Source: Candidatus Parcubacteria bacterium
Lineage (GTDB): Bacteria; Patescibacteriota; Microgenomatia; Levybacterales; GWA1-39-11
Direction of reading: 5' to 3'
Length of the DNA stretch: 64,000 nt
NCBI GenBank assembly: GCA_003599595.1
Contig: QZIP01000011.1
Location: forward strand, 2,638 to 66,637
The translations under genes were made by a program, and so were the position numbers. Shown piece by piece: positions 56,227 through 64,000 of the stretch. Below the pieces are notes generated by a model. The model was not told where the DNA came from. It saw only the letters and a program-made list of their open reading frames with translations, and ran no database searches. Positions within the stretch are counted from its first letter, which is position 1, and each line of letters begins with the position of its first letter.

Positions 56227-56868
56227 TTATTGTTTATTAAAATATGCCCTACCGGTAATAGATAAGTTGACTTCTCCTGTAGAGGTTTTATTTATGTTTA
56301 TTGTTGATAAAGTTATAATCCTATCAAAATTAATGATGGAAGAAATAAAAGCAATAGCCTTTTTTTCATCTCCTTCTAGGCTTATATTAAAATTATAAGA
56401 ATAAATTGAAGAAGGTTTATTTGTTGCAGGATAAAGCTCTGTTCCTCCAAAATCAAGTCTTATGATTTTTAAATCATTTACTTGTGCAAGATTTTGTATT
56501 TGTCTTGTTAAATATGGCATCATAGGAGATGTTGGAATTGCAAGATAAACAATATTAAGATCGGACTTTATTGTTTGAAATTGTATATCTAATTGTCTCA
56601 ATGCATTTTTCTTTTTAACAAGAGATTCCTTGACATATTTACTATCTTCATACTGCTTCTGCAGGTTCGTAATCGTATTGAGAGTTGGGTTTATGGCAAA
56701 TACCGCAAAAAATGATACTGTGAAAAAAGTTAAAATGCCATAAACATACATTAAGATCTTCTTTTTCTCAGGCTCTTTTAAACTGCTATATCTTTTTTCT
56801 AATTCCTTATATATTTTTTTAAAATTAAGCTTCAAATTATCCACTTTTAGCCTCCATTTCAATAACAA
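56227..56868 (-). CDS. pilO: PilO-like type IV pilus assembly protein
   Basis: Short cytoplasmic N-terminus, single TM helix, coiled coil, then an alpha/beta domain. Sits immediately after the PilN-like gene with an overlap. Confidence 0.45.
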   Translation of the reverse strand: MLLKWRLKVDNLKLNFKKIYKELEKRYSSLKEPEKKKILMYVYGILTFFTVSFFAVFAINPTLNTITNLQKQYEDSKYVKESLVKKKNALRQLDIQFQTIKSDLNIVYLAIPTSPMMPYLTRQIQNLAQVNDLKIIRLDFGGTELYPATNKPSSIYSYNFNISLEGDEKKAIAFISSIINFDRIITLSTININKTSTGEVNLSITGRAYFNKQ

Positions 56869-57412
56869 CTTTAAAATCTATCCCTGATTTTCTGTTTGTT
56901 ATTTGATCAATGTTAATAGATTTAATATCAGGAGTTTTCTTTAGATTTTCTATAAAATCATTTAGTACAAATATGGAAAAAGTTTGTCCCTCAATAGCTA
57001 TTGAACTCTGACTCATCAGAAATGAGTCCACAGTCAGATTTTGAGACTCAATAGAAGAAATTAAAGTATTAAGAGTGTTTACTCTGGAAGATGCTTCCTT
57101 TGAAAGTCCATCAACATTTGTAAGTCTTTCTTGAATGCTTCTGTATCCCATTTCTTTTTGTTCCTGAGCTTTGACTATAGATTCTTCAATTTTTATTTGA
57201 TCATGTAGGTCAACTATCTGTCCGTCTATTACAAATCTATAGAACAAAGCCCCCAAGGTAATAAGCTCTGTAAGTACAATAATAATTCTTCCTCCATTAA
57301 TAACCCATTTAAAAAGCAGATCAGCCAATCTATTCCTTGAAATAGTACTTAGGTTTATTCTTGTTTTCGCTGGATTTTGCCCAGCCGATCTTTTAATTAC
57401 CCCTTTTTCCAT
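56837..57412 (-). CDS. pilN: PilN-like type IV pilus assembly protein
   Basis: N-terminal RINLSTISRNRL resembles the conserved PilN INLLP.R motif. Followed by a TM helix and a periplasmic coiled-coil domain. Confidence 0.5.
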   Translation of the reverse strand: MEKGVIKRSAGQNPAKTRINLSTISRNRLADLLFKWVINGGRIIIVLTELITLGALFYRFVIDGQIVDLHDQIKIEESIVKAQEQKEMGYRSIQERLTNVDGLSKEASSRVNTLNTLISSIESQNLTVDSFLMSQSSIAIEGQTFSIFVLNDFIENLKKTPDIKSINIDQITNRKSGIDFKVVIEMEAKSG

Positions 57413-57680
57413 AACAAATACCCTACAGTCTCACTGCAGGAGTAATAATTTAAAAATAACTACCAATTTTAGTTTATACCACTCCGCTTTGATTTTGCAA
57501 ATTGTGATTTATGCCTACAGGAGCTTTCAAAATGATAAGGGGTATAGCTAGTTATAATCGTTATAAAAATCAAAGCTTCATTGGGTTTTATTGAATTACG
57601 TAATTCCTTAGCTTCGTTTTTCAAGAGGGAAAGCAAAAATTCTAATTTAAAAGTTAACTAAAGATTTGGGGAATTAAAAT

Positions 57681-58043
57681 TTATTTATGATTTTTAGACT
57701 TTGTAGTTTTTATTTTTGGGGATTTGGCTTTTGAAGACTTGGCCTTTGACGTCTTTGCTTGTGCAACTATTTTTTGCTTTGGTATTTCCTTTTTAGCCTC
57801 ACTGGCAGTTGGTTTAGCCAATTTTGAAAGACCAGACTTAATTCTTGCGCCTTTATTTTTGTGGATTATATTCTTCTTAACAGCTTTATCTACAAGAGAA
57901 ATGGCCTTTTTTACAAGGTCTGCCTTTTTTTCTTTATTTGCTTTTTTAACTGACTTATCCAATTCCTTCCTGAATTGGTCTCTGATCTTCTCTTTTTTTC
58001 TGTCCTGTCTTAATTTCTTAATTGCAGATTTTATTAGTGGCAT
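57681..58043 (-). CDS. rpsT: 30S ribosomal protein S20 with Lys-rich C-terminal extension
   Basis: MPLIKSAIKKLRQDRKK...IIHKNKGARIKSGLSKL matches the S20 pattern. Confidence 0.85.
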   Translation of the reverse strand: MPLIKSAIKKLRQDRKKEKIRDQFRKELDKSVKKANKEKKADLVKKAISLVDKAVKKNIIHKNKGARIKSGLSKLAKPTASEAKKEIPKQKIVAQAKTSKAKSSKAKSPKIKTTKSKNHK

Positions 58044-58231
58044 AAGGCCATTTTAACATGCTATACTTTAAAAAACAACAGAACCCTATGACGAATAGGC
58101 ACAGGGCTTATTATTGTTTTTAGATCTCACAGATTTTATCCGTCTAAATCCATATCTGCCCTGCTTGCGTCAGCAAGGCGGTATGTAGGCTTAAAGGTCA
58201 ACTTTTTGGATGGAACGGATGTCTTAAATCC

Positions 58232-59923
58232 GTGAAGTCAAAACCTTTAGGAGCAATCTTAATTCTAAGCAAACATATGGTCAATAGTATTGTGAGGAAG
58301 AGCTTAAATGCAATCGCCTCCAAACAAACAAACATTTTTTCAGCGGCCTTTTTTATAATCCTTACCACAATTTTTTCTCAGCTATTAGGAGTATTTAAAT
58401 ATAGGCTTCTTGTTTCTTACTTTGGTGCATCAAGTGATCTAGGAGTATTTCTGGCTTCTTTTAGGATTCCGGACTTTTTATTCCAGGTTCTTATTGCAGG
58501 AGCCTTATTTTCTTCTTTTATTCCTATTTTCTCTGAGTATTTATCAAAAGGCAAAAAAGAAGAGGCTTTTTCTATGACTTCCTCGCTTATCACTATAGGG
58601 ATTATTATTTATTCCCTCATTTCAATAGTTGTAATCCTTTTTTCATACCAGCTTGCCTCAATTATAACCCCGGGTTTTTCAAAAGAAGAGCTTTCTCTTA
58701 TGGCCAACCTCATAAGAATAATTCAGCTTTCTCAGCTCTTTTTTATTCTTGGTACTGTTGCAACAGTTGTTCTCCAGTCTTACCAGCATTTTTTAATCCC
58801 GGGGATTGCTACTTCTTTATATAATCTTGGAATAATACTTGGTCTTATTCTTTTTGCTTCAACTTTTGGAATATATGGAGCAACAATTGGGGTTTTGATT
58901 GGTAGTTTACTTTTTTTTCTTGTCCAAACACCTCTTCTTAAAAAAACCGGATTTGTATTCCGGCCCACTTTAAATCTTCAAAATGGAGTCACTAAAATAT
59001 TTGATCTTATGATCCCCAGATCCATCACTATTATTATTGTTCAGCTTTCAATAACAGCTAACGTTTTCTTTGCCTCCTTTCTTTCGGCAAGAAGTTTGGT
59101 TGTTTTTGATCTTGCCCAGACTTTGGTTATGGCCCCGGTTCTTTTATTTGGTCAATCAATTGCTCAAGCAAGCTTTCCCTCTCTTGCTTTAAAAAAAGAA
59201 AACAAACAAGAATTTTTATCTATATTTCTTTCTTCTTTTAATCAAATTCTTTATTTGACTCTTCCAGTTAGTGTTCTTCTGATAGTTTTGCGTATTCCGC
59301 TTGTAAGGCTTTTTTATGGAACACAAAGATTTGATTGGCAGGCAACAATTGATACAGGCCTAACCCTTGCTCTTTTCTCTATCTCAGTTTTTGCCCAAGC
59401 TCTCATCTATTTACTTTCAAGGGCATTTTACGCTTTTAAAGACACAAAAACTCCTCTTTACATAACCTTAATATCTGTAATTTTTAATGTAACGCTTTCT
59501 TATCTCTTTATTCTTATTTACAAGCTGCCCATTTATTACCTTGCTCTTTCTTATTCTTTTGCAACTATTTTAAGTTTTATCCTAATGACATTTTTTGTAA
59601 ACAAAAAAGTATCACTTCCCAAGGTGAAAATTCTTTTAAACGTTATTAAAATATCTGTTGCAAGCCTGATTATGGGATTCTCTCTATACGTACCTATAAA
59701 GCTTTTAGATCAGCTTGTTTTTGACACAACAAGAACCATAAATCTAATTATGCTCACCGGAATTGCATCATTTTTGGGTTTTTCCACCTATATCTTCTTT
59801 ACCTGGCTCCTCAATATCAAAGAAGCATATTATATAATTGCGGCCATCAAAAGATTCGGCAACTGGCAAAAAGTCCTAAAACAAGTAGAAGAACCAATAG
59901 ACGGTCCCAAATTCAACCCATAA
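58232..59923 (+). CDS. murJ: Lipid II flippase MurJ (MviN)
   Basis: 14-TM protein with FGASSDLGVFLASFRIPDFLFQVLIAGALFSSFIPIF, matching the MurJ N-terminal signature. Confidence 0.85.
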   Translation: MKSKPLGAILILSKHMVNSIVRKSLNAIASKQTNIFSAAFFIILTTIFSQLLGVFKYRLLVSYFGASSDLGVFLASFRIPDFLFQVLIAGALFSSFIPIFSEYLSKGKKEEAFSMTSSLITIGIIIYSLISIVVILFSYQLASIITPGFSKEELSLMANLIRIIQLSQLFFILGTVATVVLQSYQHFLIPGIATSLYNLGIILGLILFASTFGIYGATIGVLIGSLLFFLVQTPLLKKTGFVFRPTLNLQNGVTKIFDLMIPRSITIIIVQLSITANVFFASFLSARSLVVFDLAQTLVMAPVLLFGQSIAQASFPSLALKKENKQEFLSIFLSSFNQILYLTLPVSVLLIVLRIPLVRLFYGTQRFDWQATIDTGLTLALFSISVFAQALIYLLSRAFYAFKDTKTPLYITLISVIFNVTLSYLFILIYKLPIYYLALSYSFATILSFILMTFFVNKKVSLPKVKILLNVIKISVASLIMGFSLYVPIKLLDQLVFDTTRTINLIMLTGIASFLGFSTYIFFTWLLNIKEAYYIIAAIKRFGNWQKVLKQVEEPIDGPKFNP

Positions 59924-59930
59924 AAGAAAG

Positions 59931-60638
59931 ATGGTAGTAAAAACAGAAATTTTAGAAAACGGAGCCGGGCAAGAAGAAAGATCGGGAATAACCCATCTTG
60001 CTTTTCTTGTATCAAAAAAAAGCACGGGATCAAACCTTCAGGCAGCAGTAGATGCAATAAATAACCAGATAATAAATTGTCAGGTAGACCTTGTTATTGG
60101 TGAAGAATTAGATATCAAAGCAAGTGATGTTGTAAGAAGAAATAATTTACCTTTGGAAGTAAAATCACTTTTGGACCGTAAATCTCAAACAGAAAGAAAA
60201 GCCTATGGAAAAGAACTTGCAGAACTCTTAAACAGCAGAGGAATTCAAATAGCAATCCTGGAAGGCTTCTCAATTATCTTGTCTCGGGAATATTTTGAAA
60301 CTTTTAAGGGAGCTACATTAAACATCCATCCAGGATTAATTCCAGATGAAGATGGTAAACCTATTCTTTTTCCAGACGGTACAGAAGCTCCATGGAACAA
60401 GGGTCTTATGACAGATAAGGCAGTTGCAAATTTTCTCCCCCTAAAGTATGCCGGATCCACCTGGCACATAGTAACGGAAGAAGCAGATTTCGGACCCGTG
60501 CTGAAAAGAGTAATAGTAGACGTTTTGCCGGAAGACACAGTTGAAACACTTTATCCTCGTCTAAAAAGAGCAGAACACCAAGGCCTTATCGGAATCCTAA
60601 AAAACCCACAAGAAATAATTGAATACAATCAAAAGTGA
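59931..60638 (+). CDS. purN: Formyltransferase-domain protein (PurN-like GAR transformylase)
   Basis: FSIILSREYFETFKGATLNIHPGLIP matches the formyl_trans_N motif. Located immediately upstream of purD. Confidence 0.6.
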   Translation: MVVKTEILENGAGQEERSGITHLAFLVSKKSTGSNLQAAVDAINNQIINCQVDLVIGEELDIKASDVVRRNNLPLEVKSLLDRKSQTERKAYGKELAELLNSRGIQIAILEGFSIILSREYFETFKGATLNIHPGLIPDEDGKPILFPDGTEAPWNKGLMTDKAVANFLPLKYAGSTWHIVTEEADFGPVLKRVIVDVLPEDTVETLYPRLKRAEHQGLIGILKNPQEIIEYNQK

Positions 60639-60735
60639 ATACTTAAGAATCATTAGTCCCTTAATAGATATCGTTTTTAGAAATTGTGAGATGTCGTAGA
60701 ATTATAAAAGTTTGTTATTTTATGTATAAAATAAT

Positions 60736-62100
60736 ATGTCAAAAAAAAGAAGTGTAGGTAATACTGTGGTGGTAGTTGACGGGGGAGGAAGGGGATCAGT
60801 TCTTGTAGATAAATATGCAGAGAGCCAACACGTAGAAAGAATAATCGCAATTCCTGGAAATGATTTAATGCAGATCAATACTGATAAGCCGGTTGAAATT
60901 CATCCCCAAATAAAAACTACAAGTACTACAGATATTTTAGATATTTGCAAACAAGAGGATGTAGCTTTGGTAGATGTTGCTCAGGACAACGCTGTAGAAG
61001 CAGGCCTTGTAGATATTCTTACTCAAAAGGGAATCCTCGTTACCGGACCTACCAGAAATGCCGGACAAATTGAATGGGATAAAGCTTGGGCAAGAGAATT
61101 TGGAAAAATAGAGGGACTCCCTCAACCTTTTTTCAAGATTTGTCTCTCAACAGAAGAAGGGTTGGAATTTTTAAAAAACCAACCTGACCAGAGGTGGTTT
61201 ATAAAAGCAGCATTGCTGGCAGAAGGAAAAGGTGTATTGCCCGCAAAAAACAATGAAGAGGCGGCGCAAAGAGTATTAGAAATGAGAAAATTTGGAGATG
61301 CAGGAAAAGTATTTCTTATAGAAAAATGGCTGCAGGGAGATGACGGGTCGGTAGGTGAGGAATTTTCAACCTACATCCTTACCGATGGTCAGCATTATAA
61401 AATTATAGGCAGCGCCCAGGATCATAAAAGGGTTAATGATTTTGATGAAGGAGAAAATACAGGAGGAATGGGGTGTAGTGCTCCACCTCTAGTTTTGACG
61501 GAGGAATTATTAAAAGAAGTAGAAGCGAAGATTTTGTGCAAAGCAGTTCTGGGATTAAATAAAGAAGGAAGACCTTATAAAGGAGTTTTGTATTTGGGAG
61601 GAATGGTTGTAAAACAAAAAGGAAAACTTCATCCTTACGTTATAGAATTTAATGCTAGATGGGGAGATCCAGAAGCACAAGTCATTGTCCCTAGTCTAGT
61701 AAATGATCTATATGAAGTGGGTTTGGCAGTTGCACACGGAGACATCAGTAAAATTGATTTTAAGACAGATGGAAAAGCCCGCGTTGTTGTTGCAGGAGCA
61801 TCAAGGGGATATCCTGGTGATTACTCACAGGCTATCGGAAAAGAAATTTATGGTCTTGAAGATGCAAAAAAAGTAGATGGAGTAAAAATATATGGAGCAG
61901 GAGTTAAAAAAATAAATGGAAGATATTACGTTTCTGGAGGAAGATTGTTTTACGTTGTAGGCGAAGGTAAAACGGTTGTTGAGGCAAGACAAAAAGCATA
62001 TGAGGCAATGTCTGTAATAAGCATAGATGGAAACAATTTACATTTTAGAACAGATATTGGTTGGCGTGATGTTGAAAGACTTAGAAAAGGAAAATATTAA
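60736..62100 (+). CDS. purD: Phosphoribosylamine-glycine ligase
   Basis: VVVVDGGGRGSVLVDKYAESQHVERIIAIPGNDLM N-terminus and an ATP-grasp core. Confidence 0.9.
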   Translation: MSKKRSVGNTVVVVDGGGRGSVLVDKYAESQHVERIIAIPGNDLMQINTDKPVEIHPQIKTTSTTDILDICKQEDVALVDVAQDNAVEAGLVDILTQKGILVTGPTRNAGQIEWDKAWAREFGKIEGLPQPFFKICLSTEEGLEFLKNQPDQRWFIKAALLAEGKGVLPAKNNEEAAQRVLEMRKFGDAGKVFLIEKWLQGDDGSVGEEFSTYILTDGQHYKIIGSAQDHKRVNDFDEGENTGGMGCSAPPLVLTEELLKEVEAKILCKAVLGLNKEGRPYKGVLYLGGMVVKQKGKLHPYVIEFNARWGDPEAQVIVPSLVNDLYEVGLAVAHGDISKIDFKTDGKARVVVAGASRGYPGDYSQAIGKEIYGLEDAKKVDGVKIYGAGVKKINGRYYVSGGRLFYVVGEGKTVVEARQKAYEAMSVISIDGNNLHFRTDIGWRDVERLRKGKY

Positions 62101-62285
62101 TTAATACCTTTTATTCTAGTGTCCTAGTACACCGGCAAAATTTACCTTCAGGAATTCAATTAAAATAATTTAATTTAAATCAGCTGTCGCCTTTTTGGTT
62201 TAAATTGGTTTTACTTAAATACATCTTTGCTCGGTCTCTAGTGTTTTACAAAACATTTTAGCCTCATATTCTGGTATAATTTCAA

Positions 62286-64000
62286 TATGGAGCCAAATAT
62301 CAAGGAAAACCAATCAAATATAAGAAATTTTGCAATTATTGCTCATGTTGACCATGGTAAATCAACTTTAGCAGATAGGCTGCTGGTAATGACAGGGACT
62401 GTATCAAAAGAAAAAATTGGAGAACAATTTTTGGACTCCAATCCTATCGCCCGTGAGCACGGAATAACCATCAAACTCGCACCAGTAAGAATGGAATATA
62501 AATTATCAGATTTAAACCATTCCACCTCGGAGGAGTCATGGCCTCGCAAACTCGGCCTGCCACCGTCCGAGGTGAAGTACATTCTAAATCTTATAGACAC
62601 ACCAGGACATGTCGACTTTTCCTATGAAGTTGTTAGAACCCTACAAGCCTGTGAAGGAGCAGTATTGCTCGTAGACGCTACTAAAGGAATTCAGGCCCAA
62701 ACTGTTGCAAACTATAATTTTGCCAAAAAACTGGGACTCGTAATAATTCCTGTAATCAACAAGATTGATCTTGACAGTGCACAGGTTGAAAAAGCAGAAG
62801 AAGACTTAGTTCTAAGTTTTGGGTTTGACAAACATGAAATCTTGAAAATTTCAGCCAAAAGTGGAGAGAATGTAGAAAATCTGCTTCTTGAGATTATTAA
62901 GAGAATCCCACCACCAACAGGAGACAAAAATGATCCAGCTCAGGCCTTAATCTTTGACTCAATTTATGATGAGCATAAAGGAATTGTGATTTATACAAGA
63001 TTAAAAAACGGCAAGATAAAAAAAGGAGATGAGATAAAATTTATATCAGACAATAGTACTGCAATGGTTCTTGGTACCGGCTATATGCAGCCAATCTACT
63101 CGTTCTCAGAAGAAATCTCAAGCGGAGAAGTGGGTTTTGTTATAACAAATATAAAAGATATTTCAAAAGCAAAAGTTGGGGATACAATAACAACTCTTAA
63201 AGATCCCGGTCCAGCTCTTCCAGGATATATGCCGGTTAAGCCATACGTCTATCTATCTCTCTTTCCTTATTCTGCCTCTGAATTTAACAATTTAAGAAAT
63301 GCCTTCTTAAAGCTGAAGCTTATTGATGCATCCCTATCTTTTACTCCTGAACATTCAGTAATCCTTGGCCCAGGTCTAAGATGTGGTTTTTTAGGACTTT
63401 TACATGCTCAAATTACAATTGAGAGAATAGAAAAGGAATTTGGAATAGATGTTTTTATAGCCCCTCCAAGCATAGAATACATCGTAGACGGTAAAACCAT
63501 TTCCAAACCTCAAGAGTTTGATATGTCAAAAAAGGAAATTTTAGAACCTTATATTAAAGGAGAAATATATACCCCCCATGAATACTTGGGAAATTTATTA
63601 GAACTAATCTATAAAAAAAGAGCAATCCAGAAAGAAATTGTTTATTTTGGATCACAGGTTAAAATTGTTTTTGAAATACCACTATCAGAAGTTGTATTTA
63701 ATTTCTACGACAAAATAAAATCTGCATCTTCAGGTTTTGCATCTTTTGATTATGAATTTTTAGAATACAGAAGAGGAGATCTGGTAAGAGTAGACATTGC
63801 CCTAAATGATAAAGTGGTAGATGAATTATCTTTTATAATTCACAAGTCTGAAACTGAATATTTTGCCCGTGATATTTTATATAAATTAAAAGAAGCAATA
63901 CCAAAACATCAATTTGTGGTGTCTTTGCAGGCAAGGATCGGTGGTAGAGTAATTGCAGGTGAAAAAATAGCCGCTCTTCACAAGAATGTAATTGAAAAAC
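62286..64000 (+). CDS. lepA: Elongation factor 4 (LepA), 3'-partial, with an in-frame repeat insertion in the G domain
   Basis: IRNFAIIAHVDHGKSTLADRLL, REHGITIKLAPVRMEY, LIDTPGHVDFSYEV, VINKIDL. The ORF continues to the window end and is absent from the ORF track for that reason. An extra NHSTSEESWPRKLGLPPSEV segment is encoded by the GC-rich repeat at 62521-62577. Confidence 0.9.
62521..62577. repeat. GC-rich hairpin repeat, copy E, inverted and inserted in-frame in lepA
   Basis: The reverse complement is CACCTCGGACGGTGGCAGGCCGAGTTTGCGAGGCCATGACTCCTCCGAGGTGGA. It aligns with copy A at both arms (CACCTCGGA.GGTGGC ... GACTCCTCC..GGTGGAGG). Confidence 0.6.

Noticed and set aside
62343-62927. 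Two minus-strand ORFs (62343-62600 and 62712-62927)
   Set aside because: They are antisense to the clearly recognisable lepA coding sequence on the plus strand.

Overview
This 64 kb window has low GC (about 35%), is gene-dense and is coded on both strands. It resembles a small-genome Candidate Phyla Radiation (CPR, Patescibacteria)-type bacterial chromosome, supported by GT39-like membrane glycosyltransferases, a DUF5667-like protein, a type IV pilus PilN/PilO pair, VirB4/VirB6-like genes and many unrecognised proteins.

Housekeeping genes recognised from sequence motifs:
- NrdR, followed by a class II (B12-dependent) ribonucleotide reductase and a PduO-type cobalamin adenosyltransferase.
- ComF, SmpB, a SpoIID/LytB-domain protein, a NUDIX hydrolase and peptide deformylase.
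- RdgB and a YjjX-like ITPase/XTPase, a TlyA-like methyltransferase and an EamA transporter.
- A FemAB-family protein, a UvrD/PcrA helicase, triosephosphate isomerase and an LCP-family protein.
- Two GT39-like glycosyltransferases, an FAD-dependent oxidoreductase, PilN/PilO-like proteins, ribosomal protein S20, MurJ, PurN, PurD and LepA (partial at the window end).
- Three tRNAs: tRNA-Ile with the unusual UAU anticodon, tRNA-Ser(GCU) and tRNA-Ser(UGA).

Unusual content:
1. A minus-strand operon at 23.1-31.4 kb encodes a small acidic protein, a 1353-aa giant protein, tRNA-Ser, RdgB, a 128-aa ORF and a membrane-anchored VirB4-family ATPase. It is bracketed by tRNA genes and by a GC-rich ORF-free stretch of about 1.3 kb (31.6-32.9 kb) that may be a large structured RNA or a foreign remnant. 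A VirB6/TrbL-like membrane protein lies at 4.2-6.2 kb.
2. Two dispersed repeat families occur. One is AT-rich, built from TTTGAAnTTTG-type units. The other is a GC-rich hairpin element of about 50 bp (CACCTSGGA..GGTGGCC..GGACTCCTCC..GGTGGAGG). Both are found in intergenic DNA and also inserted in-frame inside conserved genes, including lepA, a FemAB-family gene and a large membrane protein gene, reminiscent of Rickettsia palindromic elements.
3. A cobalamin-riboswitch-like motif set with an intrinsic terminator lies directly downstream of the nrdR-nrdJ-pduO B12 module and upstream of an uncharacterised zinc-ribbon protein.

All calls are by eye from the sequence; no database searches were run.
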